59,146 nt of DNA, filler included, from Basidioascus undulatus (GCA_000826855.1; 4 parts of 4 records of this genome joined end to end with filler, not necessarily neighbours in it); one strand, 5' to 3'. Shown: positions 1 through 12,205, counted from the whole stretch's first letter. Numbers and translations are program-made. Notes: a model not told the origin generated them from the letters alone.

Positions 1-703
1 CCGCCGAGCCAGGGCGTACCACACACCCGACACCCTCGCCTCCGTCCTCCCCTCCACGCTCGACAAGTGCCACAGACACTCCCTGTGCTGGGAAAGGGAC
101 GGAAGGCGCCCGCCGCATCGAGGCAAGGCCCTGTCGTTATGCTCGAGTTGACCTCGCTCCTGCTGATCTGGAACATGAAGCGTGGAATGAGCCGCAGGAT
201 AGTGGGGCATTGGCGATTGAAGTGTGCTGCAGGGGAATATGGACAAGCGGCGGAAGGGACGCCTGCGTGAAAGGTGGTGTGTCGTGGTGCGCGAAGGCCC
301 GGAACAGAGGGTGTGGATCAGTCGCATGAAGCGGAAGCACCCGTTATGGACAGGGGGCACGGTGGACGGATAGGGCGGAGAAATAATGATCGACCCAAGT
401 CAGGCGAGGCCCGCTGCTTAACAGAAGAGTTGAGCGCGGGCAGGTCGGGGAGCGATGCGGTAGTGAGGGGGATTGATCGAACGGGGGCGGCGCGGAACGT
501 TGAGTAGGAGGAAAGTCCATCCAGATCAAGGATCGAGCGAGAGAATGGGAAAGATGAGGGTATCAGAGGGAAGGGCAGAGAAACGCGAGTGAGGGGCCGG
601 ACCACCTTGACCGACGACGGCGGCGGCGGTCGAATCATCAACTACTCGTACAACAACACGTCCCCATCTCACCTCTCCTTGCCCCTCCTTCCTTCTTGCC
701 CCG

Positions 704-1376
704 CTAAGCGCCCACCGCCGCGCTCCCCTGCCCCGGCCCAACCTCCCCGACAAACGCGTCTCTAGGCACGCGGCCCTGCGTCTCAGTGAGCGCGCCGCGT
801 AGGATGTACACGAACTCGGCGGGGCGCGCGCCGGCGTCCTGGTCGAGCTTGTGGAGCGTGAGGGGCGCGTTACTAGTATATCCAACAAGGAGCGTGCAAC
901 GCGGACAGGAGAGGCGGTACTGTCGCTCGCAGAGGCCGTTTCGTCTATGGAGGAGGACGAGATGGATTAGGAGTGGAAAGGAGCGAAAGAGGATGGGGAA
1001 TGGGAGGGAAAAGACGAACCGCTCGACGATACATGGCTTTTGCTGTACGACGTTGAGCTTGAATACGCGCTTCTTCTGGCCGTCGGGTCCTGGGGCGTTG
1101 CGGATGATGTGGGCGCCGTCGGTCTGGCGCTGGGGCAGGAGGTGCAAGGGCTTGTCGATCACGAGCTGGTAGGGTGGTGAAGGGGAAAGAAAATGCAGGT
1201 AAGATAAGAGGGAAAGGGAAGACAGGGAGGGTTGTGAGGTGGGAGGGGAAGGGAGGACGGACGATGAACTCTGAGCAGGCGCAGTACATGACTGTCAACT
1301 TGGACTTTGACGTCTGCGTCTGCGCCGAGGGGTCCTCAGACGTCGAGATTGCTGATCTGGAGTATCCCTTGGGCAT
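704..1376 (-). CDS. STEEP1/CXorf56 (UPF0428)-like protein, 3 exons
   Basis: Spliced translation MPKGYSRSAISTS..LTVMYCACSEFI|LVIDKPLHLLPQRQTDGAHII..IVER|RNGLCERQYRLSCPRCTLLVGY..FVYILRGAL. The YCxC..LPxRxxDGA..CxxC..YIxxGAL pattern is typical of the family. Introns are GT-AG. Confidence 0.8.
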
Positions 1377-1572
1377 GATTGCGGGTTATTCGGGTGGGTG
1401 ATGGGTGATGGTGATACGGAGGTGGAAGTGGCGTGTGAGCACGCATGCGAATCGCCGAAAGGGTTGCGGGCGGAATGAAATCTTCCAGGGGCACGCAGGG
1501 CCGACCAAATTGAGAACTGCGTGCCTTCTCCACTCGACTTCACCTACAACGCTTTCCCGCTCATATCCAACG

Positions 1573-3529
1573 ATGGCAGACCCAGCGCCGGCACCAGCAG
1601 CACCGTCCTCGGAGCCCACACCCTCCGAATGTACTCCCGCTGCCCCCGCTCCCGCCGCCGAACCAACCCCTGCTCCTGCTCCGAGCCCCGCCCCCGCCCC
1701 GAACCCCTCCGCCCCGACGAAACCAGTGAAGCACCTCATTCTCGACGCCGCGCCGCTCCTCTCGCTCGCGCCTCTCCGCGGCCTCGCAGACCACTACCTC
1801 ACGACGCCCCAGGTCCTCGCGGAGCTCCGCGACCGCCGCGCGAGGGAGCACTTTGACAACCTCTCCTTGCTCGAGGGCGTGAACGTCGAGGTCCGCGCGC
1901 CGGATGTGGGGAGCTTGGCGAAGGGTGCGTTGCGGTATCAGAGGTGCGAGCAGCGAGGAGACTGATGGGAGTGTGCTGAGAGAACAGTATCGGCATTCGC
2001 GAAGCTCACGGGTGACTACTCGGTCTTGTCAGGCGCGGATCTGGGCATCCTCGCGTTGACGTATGCGGTCGAGGTGGAGGAGAACGGGACGTGGCGGATC
2101 AGGGAGGCGCCGGGCAAGGTGCGTCGCTGTGGTGTGGCCCTCTTCTCTTTGCGTGGTCAGGCAGCTGATGGGTTGTCCTGCGTCGACAGCCCCCACAAGG
2201 CCGACCGCCCCCGTCCGAATCTACCCCGTCCGAGGCACCCCCGCCGTCGGAGGCCGCTGAGGAGAGCGAGGACGTGAAGGCGGAGGCGGAAGCCGAGGCC
2301 GAGGTGAAGAACGAGGCGCCGAGGGAAGGGGAGCTGGCGAAGGAGGGCGAGGCGGAGACGTCCCAGCTCGCCTCGGACCTTTCTCAAACGCATCTCGACG
2401 AATCCCCCGCTCCCGCTGATCCCTCCACCGAGCCCGCACCTGCATCCGCACCCGCACCCGAGCCAACCCCCTTCTCTTCCTCCACCTCCCAGCCTGCTTC
2501 CGACCCCTCCGACTCCGACTCCTCCGACGGCGAGGGCGAGTGGATAACTCCCTCCAACGTCGCGCACCACAAGTCCATCGACCTGCACCACCTCCCCGCC
2601 GGTTCCTCTGGTCCCTCTGGCTCCGGCTCTGGCGCAGGGAAGAAGCCCGTGGTGATGAAGGCCGCATGCATGACGGCCGACTACGCGGTGCAGAACGTGC
2701 TGCTCCAGATGGGGCTCAATTTGGTCGGCTCGGGCGGGAAGCGCATCAGGAGCGTCAAGAGCTGGGTGCTCAGGTGTCATGCTTGCTTCAAGTGCGTTTC
2801 GCCCTCCCTTCCCTCTCCCCTCCGTCTTTCCTTGCCCCCGCCCCCTGCCCTCTTCTCCGCTCTTCTCTAACCGAAGACGAAACGAATTGCTGATCGGTTA
2901 CTGGCCCACACAGACTCTGCCGCGACCAGACCCGAAAATTCTGTCCCTCTTGCGGGAACGCCACGCTCATCCGCACATCCATAACGACCTACGCCGCCTC
3001 CTCCCCGTCCTACTCCTCCTCTTCCCCCTCCACATCCACCAACCCCTCCCCGCAAATCAAGATCCACCTCCGCCCGAACTTCCAGTACCACAACCGGGGG
3101 ACACAGTACTCGATCCCGAAGCCCAAGGCGGGGAGCGCGAAGGGCGGGCACGCCGGCGGCAGCGGCTTGATCCTCAGGGAAGATGACAGGGAGTTTGTGA
3201 AGGGGGTGGAGAGGGAGAAGGGGCGGATTGGGAAGGAGGAGAGGGCGATGGAAAGAGCGGCGGAGAAGGGACGGGGAGGGGGGGCCGCGTACGTCCACTC
3301 TCCTTTTCCCGTATTTCTGTCGTTGTTGCTTCATCGTCTTGGTCTTGTCTTTACGCACAGAGCACTGACTTGGATGGGGTGGGCGACCAGCGGAGCATGG
3401 ACCGACCCTGACTGGCTCCCCGGCCTGATGGCGCCCGACGGCAAGGGCCGGCGGAACGGCGGCCGTGGCCTCCCGCAGGTCGGCCACGGCCGGCGGAACC
3501 CCAACGAGGTCAAGAAGAAGCGTAAGTAG
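1573..3529 (+). CDS. NOB1: 20S pre-rRNA D-site endonuclease Nob1 (PIN domain + Zn ribbon), multi-exon
   Basis: HLILDAAPLL..TTPQVLAELRD; FAKLTGDYSVLSGADLGILALTY; EGEWITPSN; ACMTADYAVQNVLLQMGL; WVLRCHACFK|..RKFCPSCGNATLIRTS; RGTQYSIPKP; LILRED. Confidence 0.95.
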
Positions 3530-4348
3530 AGGGGGCGCTGGGGAGTTTGGCGTCTTGTGTGCTTTGGGGGTGGACGCATTCATTCATTCGCATCTGTCCG
3601 TTCGTTTGTTCGGTGACTGGTTGGTGCGGCGGTGCGGCATGGTAGAGAGTCAGATGGAGAGACCGATGCAGGTTGGTGGAGATGGTTGGGCGCCGGTGCA
3701 CTGCGCTGTTTCGATGGATTATCGAGGGGACATCATGATGGCGCCCTGAACCGTGAGGCGTGGGTCTTCGTTAGGCTGCTTCGGTACTTCTGCGCCCCGA
3801 CGAAAGTTGGCCGCCTTCCTTTTATGCTGTAAGTATAGGCTGATGCATCCGCCCCAGTAACGTAAGAGCGCACAGTAACTGTCAGTATTTTCCAGTCTCA
3901 CGGTGGTTCGTCGTATCGACATCCCGACAAACGACCACGGCTGGTGTAGGTATCGAGCAACTCGTTGCGTGATAATTTTGCCGGGACAGCTCCGCCGCTT
4001 GCCTAGCGATTCTATTCAGATCCTTGCGACAGGTGCAAGTTACGTACGAGGTTCTCCGTTGCGTCGAGAAAGAACTGACGACGCGTTTCCATCCCCAGTG
4101 ACATCCCGCCGCACTGAGGCCAGCGTCGGAACCCATTCAACATTTCATTAAGGGAGTATCAATTGGTATGCTACGGATGGTCCGAAATTGCAATAAATGC
4201 TGCCTTGCGAAACGAAACAACGCTCTTCCAGTGTCCGGTGTAGAAGAGGATGAGGGGAAGGCAGAATGCGCGTCCAGGTGATTGCGAAAGTATGTGGTAT
4301 TAAAGGTGCGTTCCGCAACGTGAAAAGGCGAATAAATAATTTCGAAAT

Positions 4349-5510
4349 TTAACCTGACGGCGCAGGCTTGCCCTCGCAAGTCCAGCTGTGAACAATGTCA
4401 CGGGTCAGTCTTTTTACCGGCTTACCGGAGGGATGCAGGACCAACGCACCTGTGGTCGCGGGTGCCGTAGGAACCGTACGCCTTGTAAGGCGCGACATTC
4501 AGGCATTCGGCGACGGTGACGAGCTTGTAGCCGGCGTTCTTGAGCTCAGCCACAGCCTGCGGCGCGACCTGGAAGACGGAGGTCTCCTTGACTTCGTGGT
4601 TCCTGGAGGATATTCAAAGTAGAGGGAGTCAGCCCAAGTGGTTTTGAGAGGAAGAAATGTGACGCACAGTACCATGCGCGGCGACTTGGATTCATTGAGA
4701 GCGATGGAGGTGTACTGGTCCTGGATCTCTTTCACGTCCTCGCCGAGGGCGTCGGACGTGTCGTCGGACCAGGTGACGACGGTGTATCCGCGCCCGGAGA
4801 GGATACCGTATACGCGGTCGTCGATTTCACCGTATGGGGGACTGTGCAGATAATCCCCTTAGTACAGAACACTAACGGGAGTCTCTCATCGGAAAGAAGA
4901 CTTACCGGATGACAGCCGGCACGACACCGAGGATCTTCCACAGCGCGTCCTCGACGAGCTGGATCTGCTCGTTGATTTCGTCGTCGGAGAGCTGGGGGAG
5001 GTGCACGTGAGACCAGGTATGGGATCCTGCGAATGATACCGTAGGAATCGAGTCAGAACAGCGTGAGATTTTAGCAGGACAGTGTGAGCTTGGCGCACCG
5101 ATCAGGTGTCCGGCTTCGTAGGCGTGGCGCAGACGGTCGACGTTGTCTTGGTCGTATATACAGCCATAGTTCTGTTGAGCGAGCGTGAGTTGGTGGTTCC
5201 TTCGAAATTCAGACTCTGTGCCGAACACGTACATAACCGTTCACGAAGAAGCTAGTCTTCTGGCCGTTGTCCGCAAAAATGTTGGAGAGGTCCTACAGGA
5301 GCCGCACCGACTACAGCTCATGCTCCAGCTTATATATGCCATCCTACTCACCTTTTCCCAGTAGTATGGACCGTCGTCATAGCTCAGGGACAGGTCGTGC
5401 ACGCACTGGTCACGGACCCCTTGAGGAACCCGCGATTGCAGTGTGGGTGCGGCAGCTACGAAGCCGGCCAGGCTGACGAGAACGGTTGCGGCGGAGCGGA
5501 GCATCGGCAT
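4349..5510 (-). CDS. Secreted CE4 polysaccharide (chitin) deacetylase, multi-exon
   Basis: Signal-peptide-like N-terminus (MLRSAATVLVSLAGFVAAAP). All CE4 motifs are present across exons: SYDDGP, HTWSHVHL, IRPPYG, DTSD, LNHE. Ends YKLVTVAECL..GTRDHSWTCEGKPAPSG* with no obvious GPI tail. Confidence 0.9.
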
Positions 5511-5957
5511 GTCGGGCGTTGCAGAGAGTCGGGTGGGGAGGAGGAATGGATGTTCTTGAGAGTCGGCGAGAGCGAGGGCCGTGTGCCTGCAGCGATGGGA
5601 ACAGGAAGGAGCAAGGGGCACACTGAGCGAGCAGACGAGTTAGTGGGGAATGGGCCTGGCGCGCTCCAAAACGACGGGCCTTTTATGGCTGGCGAGGCAT
5701 GCATGCATCAGCAACCCGAGGCATCATGGGGGGCCTGAGTATATCGCTCCACGGTTACATTACTGGAGGCGGTGCACCCATACAAGACGGACGGTATGAG
5801 GCGGACGGACGCGTCTACCCACCCAGCATCACACGAGGCCCTCATGAGGCTCTCACGATTGCACTTGGCGCGAAACTACGCCGTCCGCATCGAGGAAGGC
5901 TACGAATTCGGTTTGTCCCCATCAAGAACGCAGGTGTCTTCATACTGATTGGAAACA

Positions 5958-6334
5958 GACCACCATCCGTCAAGCCGCCTCGCAACGGCCGGTTGCAGGA
6001 AAAGGCAAGTCGGATCACAGACAGCGCGAAGCGGGCGCCAGTCGGTGACGTCGCACCCTAACATACGCGATCATGCCTCATCAGCGAGCGTTGGCTGGGC
6101 ATGCCAGAAATCAGAGGGTCAATTAGAAGGTACGGAAGATGACAGGGACCACCATCCGTCAAGCCGCCTCGCAACGGCCGGTTCAGGAAAAGGCAAGTCG
6201 GATCACAGACAGCGCTAAGCGGGCGCCAGTCGGTGACGTCGCACCCTAACATACGCGATCATGCCTCATCAGCGAGCGTTGGCTCGGCATGCCAGAAATC
6301 AGAGGGTCAATTAGAAGGTACGGAAGATGACAGG
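5958..6334. repeat. Near-perfect direct tandem duplication, 2 x ~189 bp
   Basis: Unit 1 is 5958-6146 (189 bp) and unit 2 is 6147-6334 (188 bp); both start GACCACCATCCGTCAAG and end GGAAGATGACAGG. I see one 1-nt indel and two substitutions. Confidence 0.95.
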
Positions 6335-7193
6335 TCCCTGGGGTGTCCGCAGATGATGTCGAAGGCGCTCTCACGGACACCGAGGTGCTGCAGCGGTGCA
6401 GCGTGAAAGCAGCTTGCAAATCTTTGTTGACCGTAGTTGCAACTTGCGATGCAACTGGTCAGACTCAAGAAAGCTTCCAAGATGAAATAAGTAAGAGGTC
6501 TCAAACAGCAGTTGCTTTTGAATACCGGCGAGCGCGAGGATCAGCGAGGACACAAGCTTATGTGTCGCGGTCAATAGTGACAGTGTACCGCAGGCTGGAC
6601 GACGATGATGAAGTTGTGAGGGACCCTCAGTGATCCTTCGACTCCTCATACATTATTCCTACCCTGATTTTTGCATTCCACAGTGATGCACAGTGGCCTG
6701 GCGCATGGCTGTGGTGTATCTATTCAAGGGCATCTCCAAGCATCTCAGCTCCCTGGAAAGTGCTCGCTCCCGATTCCCGAAGTAATCGGCTCTGACCTTC
6801 TTCCGATGAGCATCCTTCACATCAGCATCCCAATTAAGATCGGCGGTGGCAGAATGCATCTGACAAAAAATAGGATGGGAGCTGCCCTGCTGAGCTCGCC
6901 GACACACCGAGACACAGGGCAACAACGAAGGACTGGCGACGATTTGGAGGGTGCTTTCGCGGAAGTCGTGCAGCTTCGAAGAGGAGAATACATTTCGTGC
7001 GCCTTCCGCTGCTTTCCAGGTCCCAAGAACGCTCAGAATAGGGGTATAGATTGTCAGGGGAGAAGAACGCCAGGTTGCGGAAGGAGAGGAAAATTTGCGG
7101 GCGAAAGATTGAAGAGGCAGTTCAAGCAGTTGAGAACTTGAGGCGGCCCAAAGCCGCCTTTTGCCGCTTCCTTGCCGCTTCCCTTCGTTCACC

Positions 7194-7904
7194 ATGCGAA
7201 GCCCGCATTCTGGCACCTCCTCGCCTCCTTCATCGCCGGACTCGCTGTTTGATTCACCGAGCCCCTCTCCACGACACTCACCGACACCGGAATCGCCTCC
7301 CTTGGTCTATCGCCATCCTCCTGTCGCTGTCTCAGGGCTTCACCTTTCACCGACGCCCCTTCCTGAAGAGCTGCGCTCCTCACTCCTCGCCTCGATCACC
7401 GAGCACTGCACCTTTTCGCCCACGGAAGGCATCACACAATGCATGTTCTTCAACCTTCCGCCGTTTCTGGACTCGCTCGCCGCGCACCTTCGCACGCACC
7501 TTGCGGCTGAGCTGCCCCCGTCCGCAATCGAAGCGCTGTTCGATCAGCCCCATCCGCGCCAGTCGATCCTGAACGCCTACGTGCCGGGACAGGGCCTCCA
7601 CCCGCACACGGACCTCGCTCGCTTCGACGAGGGCGTCCTCCTCGTCTCGCTCGGCAGCGGCATCCCGATGCGCTTTGCGCCGGTCGACCCCGAGCGGCAG
7701 GCGGAGGCGTTCGAGCTGTGGCTCGAGGACAGGAGCGTGTTGGCACTTTGGGGTGAAGCGAGGTGGGAGTGGACGCATGGGATAGTGGGGAGAGAGGAGG
7801 ATGTTGTCGAGGGTTATGGCAGAAGATTGAGGGGCATGAGAGTGGGTGTCACGTTGCGATGGTTACGGGACGGAAATGAGGTTGCGCAGAGCGCATCTAC
7901 TTGA
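7194..7904 (+). CDS. AlkB-family 2-oxoglutarate/Fe(II) dioxygenase, intronless
   Basis: SILNAYVPGQGLHPHTD (HxD), LLVSLGS, LEDRSVLALWGEARWEWTHGI (distal His), RVGVTLR (RxxxxxR 2OG-binding motif). Confidence 0.9.
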   Translation: MRSPHSGTSSPPSSPDSLFDSPSPSPRHSPTPESPPLVYRHPPVAVSGLHLSPTPLPEELRSSLLASITEHCTFSPTEGITQCMFFNLPPFLDSLAAHLRTHLAAELPPSAIEALFDQPHPRQSILNAYVPGQGLHPHTDLARFDEGVLLVSLGSGIPMRFAPVDPERQAEAFELWLEDRSVLALWGEARWEWTHGIVGREEDVVEGYGRRLRGMRVGVTLRWLRDGNEVAQSAST

Positions 7905-7988
7905 CTTGACTTGACGTGCACAAGGGATTCATTCAGATTAATCAATATGATGCGGACGTAAATTATTGCGTATTAGGACTCGACGAAA

Positions 7989-9283
7989 CTAGAATGTGAA
8001 GCTGGCCCTCCTCATAGTGCACTCCTCAGCGCACACCTTGACGCCGCCCTTCTTTACCCACTGCTTATGCTCCTCAACCAACTTCTCAACCTCAGTCTCC
8101 GGTACCCTCTGCTTGACCGTCGGATCCAGCTCGAGCGCAAGCTTGTAAGCTTCGCGCACCACGTCCGGGATGTCGGCGTTCTCTCCGAAAGTGAGCTCGG
8201 CATGCCCAAAAGCGATTCCCTCGGATCCCGCGCGAAGGAGGTACGTCCCGCCCATGAGACGGCCCTCGCCGACGCCTGGAGGTCCAAGGGTCAGTATCGA
8301 CGTTTGCGCATGGTTGAGCGAATGACGCACCGTTGCCTCTTGCGCCGGATCTGAAGCTCGACCAGAGGTTCTTCGCGAACGTCGGCGTGAACACCTTCGT
8401 GAGGCTGCAGGAAAGATCTCAGCTAAAACAGAACATCAACTGCCAAATGGCGGCGTACCTCTCGCAATGCTCCTGCCCGTGACCTAGAGCTTTGTAGAAC
8501 GCCTTCTCCGAATCCCACCCTCCCCCGCCAGGCAACCTCGTTGAACTCCTCTGCCCCGAGCTTCTCCTGCACCTAATAATAGGTGTTAGTGTTAGCGCTC
8601 GCTCCGTGTTGCGAGTCGGCAGAGTCTCGTACAATGGCGAATGCGGCGAACCCTAATTGCTGAAGCAGCGGCCGGGCGTGCGAGAGGTAGAGTGCCTCCT
8701 CGCGACAGAACGGACATCCCGGGCCTGCAGAATGGTCAGCGACGAGTACATCTAGAAGAACAAAGTGAATGTGACTTACGACGGATGACCACGGCCGGCG
8801 CCTGCATGTGCACTTGCACGGTCAACGGTGCCTCCTGGGTGCTTTCATCTGCCTGGGACGCACCGGCTTGTCCTTCCACAGGTCCTTCGCGTCCACCTAA
8901 ACTGACGTTCTCTGAGTATTGATCTATGGCAGGTTTCAGGGACGCACCTTCTTGCCTCAGGCACCTTCTCCAGCGTCGCCCCCTCCAGAATAGCGTAGTC
9001 GCCGGCGCCACACGGCGAGGGTCAGCGTTTGCGATGACCATAGCGATGACAATAAGTGTATGAGGTCGACCAGCGAAAGCACGGTCTGAATATGGTTGAG
9101 AGCAGAGAGGAGGTATATGAGCTGCTCCCCGCCGTTCTCAGTCATCGAGCTTGACGGCGCGATCGACGGCCTCATCGTCGTTCCGCCCAGTTCCGCCGCC
9201 GCCTCCTCCGCCGGTTGTTGCGCTGGCTATCTCGCATCGTTCGCCTCGATGGCCAAGTCGTCCAAGTCCGATAGATACGACAT
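7989..9283 (-). pseudogene. Peroxiredoxin-like 2A (FAM213A/AhpC-TSA_2 family) homolog, apparently disrupted
   Basis: Spliced IR|RPGCPFCREEALYLS..QLGFAAFAI|VQEKLGAEEF.. then WDSEKAFYKALG in a different frame (frameshift near 8512-8530). C-terminus GEGRLMGGTYLLRAGSEGIAFGHAELTFGE. The putative 5' ORF from ATG 9283 has an in-frame TAG at 9227-9229; the 5' structure is uncertain. Confidence 0.7.
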
Positions 9284-9542
9284 TGCCGCTCAACAGGGCC
9301 GACGCGCCTTCACATTTCTATGCAACTCTCGGCGGAAAATGAACGAGAGACCACGAAGGAGCAGCTGACCCTTTGATCGACGTTGGCCGGCCGGACGGGT
9401 CCCCGGCGCCGGTGGTCGAGCCGAAATCGGCTCGCTTCCTAGTTGGTCTTCTCTTCCCTTCGTGTTCCTACCCTTGTCTTTCCCATTCATACCAACAACT
9501 GACCATCACAATTAGAATCATTTTTCACTCGAATATTTGACC

Positions 9543-11927
9543 ATGGCTTCGATCGCTCGCACTGCCCTTCGTGGCGCCAGCATTTGTGCTGGTGGTCCCG
9601 TCACTGGTGAGCTCGCCAAACTCATTTGCAGTCCTCCCCGAGGCTGACTGGCGTGTATGAGCAGGTCGGTTGGCCTCGACTGCTGCTAAGTCGACTCCTG
9701 TCGACTCCTCGGCTACTAGCACCATCCTCCCTACCAGTGTGTCCAGTTGTGGAAGCTCAGCTTGGCTAGGGTCATGCTCATCCCGCTGCCGCAGAGTACT
9801 CGAAGTTCGACTGGGAGGACCCGCTGAACCTGACGTCTATGTTGACGGAGGAGGAGGCTGCAATCCAGTGCGTATTCTTAATCTCTTTCTTTTTTCTTAG
9901 GTTGATCCCGTCTTCTGAATCTAGCGAGACGGCCCGCGACTACGCCCAAGAGAAGCTCCTTCCCCGCGTTGTCGATGCCGCGCGTCATGAGGATTTTGAC
10001 CGCGAGATCATGCGCGAGATGGGCTCCCTTGGCCTGCTTGGCGCGACGATCAAGGGCTATGGGTGTGCGGGCGTGTCCAACGTTGTGCGTAAACGCTTTG
10101 AGACGGCGACGAGCGCAGGTTGTCACGCCTGAAGCTGACAAAACAAGCGTAGGCGTACGGCCTGATTGCGCGGGAGGTTGAGCGGTGAGTTAGAGCTACT
10201 GAGCTAGATCTTGTGAAGCACTCTGACGTCAGCTGATACAGTGTCGACTCCGGATACCGCTCGGCCATGTCCGTGCAGTCGTCCTTGACGATGCACCCGA
10301 TCTACGAGTACGGCTCCGAGGCGCAGAAGGAGAAGTACCTTCCCGGTTTGGGTATGTCTTTCTTACACCCTGTTTTTATTCGTGCGGCGCTGAAGGGCTT
10401 CATTCTACGATACAGCGTCTGGCGAGCTCGTCGGCTGCTTCGTAGGTCCTGCAGTCCTTCAGATAAAAGATCGAGTCACTCACCCGCGGGCTTGCTTTTG
10501 AATAGGGCTTGACGTGAGTACACTTGTCGCCAGCTTTCGTGCTGAACTATTTTCTGACAATCTTTCCAACAGCGAGCCGCAGCACGGGTCGGACCCCAAC
10601 GGCATGGAGACGACTGCGACCGAGACCCCTCAGGGCTACATTCTGCACGGCTCCAAGACTTGGATCTCCAAGTGAGCCACTTTTTTGCGTCAACTACAAT
10701 CTCACGCTGACGTCCAAGTCTCTTGCAGCTCGCCGGTCGCGTAAGCCATTGAAGGGAACGCTCTCTTATCCGGCAGTAGATTAACTTTACTGTGCAGTGA
10801 TGTCTTCCTCGTCTGGGCGCGTTGCAAGTGGGACAACAAGATTCGCGGTTTTCTCCTTGACAAGGTATGTCACGCGACCGCCATGATCCACATACTGGCA
10901 ACAGCTCACCCCTTCCTGCCGTTACCCAGGGCACCGAGGGCCTTACCGCGCCCCCGATCAAGAACAAGCTCGCCCTCCGCGCGTCGATCACCGGCTCGAT
11001 CTTCATGGACGAGGTTAAGGTCGGCAAGGATGCTGTCCTACCCGGCGCGAAGGGCCTCGGCGGACCATTCGGATGCTTAAACTCGGCTCGGTATGGTATC
11101 GCCTGGGGCGTCATGGGTGCGTTGGAGGACTGCATCGCTCGTGCGAGGGATTACGCGCTCGACCGGTACGTTTGTTCGACCAGTCTCCGCTTTCGCATGA
11201 GTCTGCGTCAGAATGCTGACCGTCGCTGTGCCACAACCAGCAAGCAGTTCGGCCGCCCGCTTGCTTCGTTCCAGTATGTTGCGTGTCTTTCCGCTGTATC
11301 TTCGTCCGCACTCACCCACGCGATTCTCTCCGCAGGCTCGTGCAAAAGAAGCTCGCTGACGCGACGTCCGAGGCTGCGATCGGGCTGCTCGGCGCGCTGC
11401 AAGTCGGGCGCCTGAAGGACGCCGGGAACTGGTCCCCGGAGCAGGTGTCGCTTGTGAAGCGTAACAACTGCGGCAAGGCCGTCCATCACTCGCGCATCTT
11501 GATGGAGGTCTTCGGCGGGAACGGCATCGCTGATGAGTGCGTTGCCGAAAGCGATACCTGAAGCGGGCCGCACGCTGACTGTGGTTGTCGGTATGGCAGG
11601 TACCACATCGGCCGGCACGCGGCGAACTTGCATGTGGTGCGTTTCAACTCGGCGCACAAGAACGCTAGTTCCGAATTGACAGAGTTGCATGTCGACAGGC
11701 CAACACTTACGAGGGTGCACACATTCCTGGATTACGATGATATTGACATTGAGCATTGCTGATAACATTGACCTTGTTCCAATATCCAGGGACCCACGAC
11801 ATGTCAGTTGAATTTTTCTGCGTCTTCAGTGCCTCAATGCATAGCTGAGCTTTCTGCTGTTCCGACCTCCAGTCACTCTCTTATCCTCGGCAAGGCGATT
11901 ACCGGTCACCAGGCCTTCTTCAACTGA
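9543..11927 (+). CDS. GCDH: Glutaryl-CoA dehydrogenase, mitochondrial precursor, about 18 exons
   Basis: FDWEDPLNL..; [128 protein letters not shown]. Confidence 0.95.
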
Positions 11928-12205
11928 GCTTCGAGATTACTTCGCATATTTTGATGAATGTACCACAACATTCTTGTCTGAGGGTCCGCCGCAGGCGACC
12001 GTGTTACTGATGAGTCTCGATTGCATGTGGGTCGATAGAAACTTGGAAACGCGATGCTCAACATAGAAGGGCCTCAAAGGACCTTCCTTTGCCGGAAGGC
12101 TGACAAACCATCTTGAGCTTCAACCCCGAGAACGTGAGATGAATCAACCCGAAGCAAAGGTATATGTAAACCTTTTGCGGCGGAAGTGCGCATGATAGCA
12201 GATCT

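Noticed and set aside
5958..6334. Direct repeat considered as a CRISPR array or LTR pair
   Set aside because: Only two abutting 189-bp units, with no spacers, internal domain or TG..CA ends, in a eukaryotic context.
8700..8725. Possible selenoprotein (SELENOU-like UxxC) in the PRXL2A homolog
   Set aside because: The motif is CPFC with ordinary Cys codons; the premature stop seen upstream is TAG, not TGA.
11925..11945. ASRL encoded just after the GCDH stop, a possible readthrough PTS1
   Set aside because: SRL is not followed by a stop, and the stop context is not the TGA-CTA readthrough motif.
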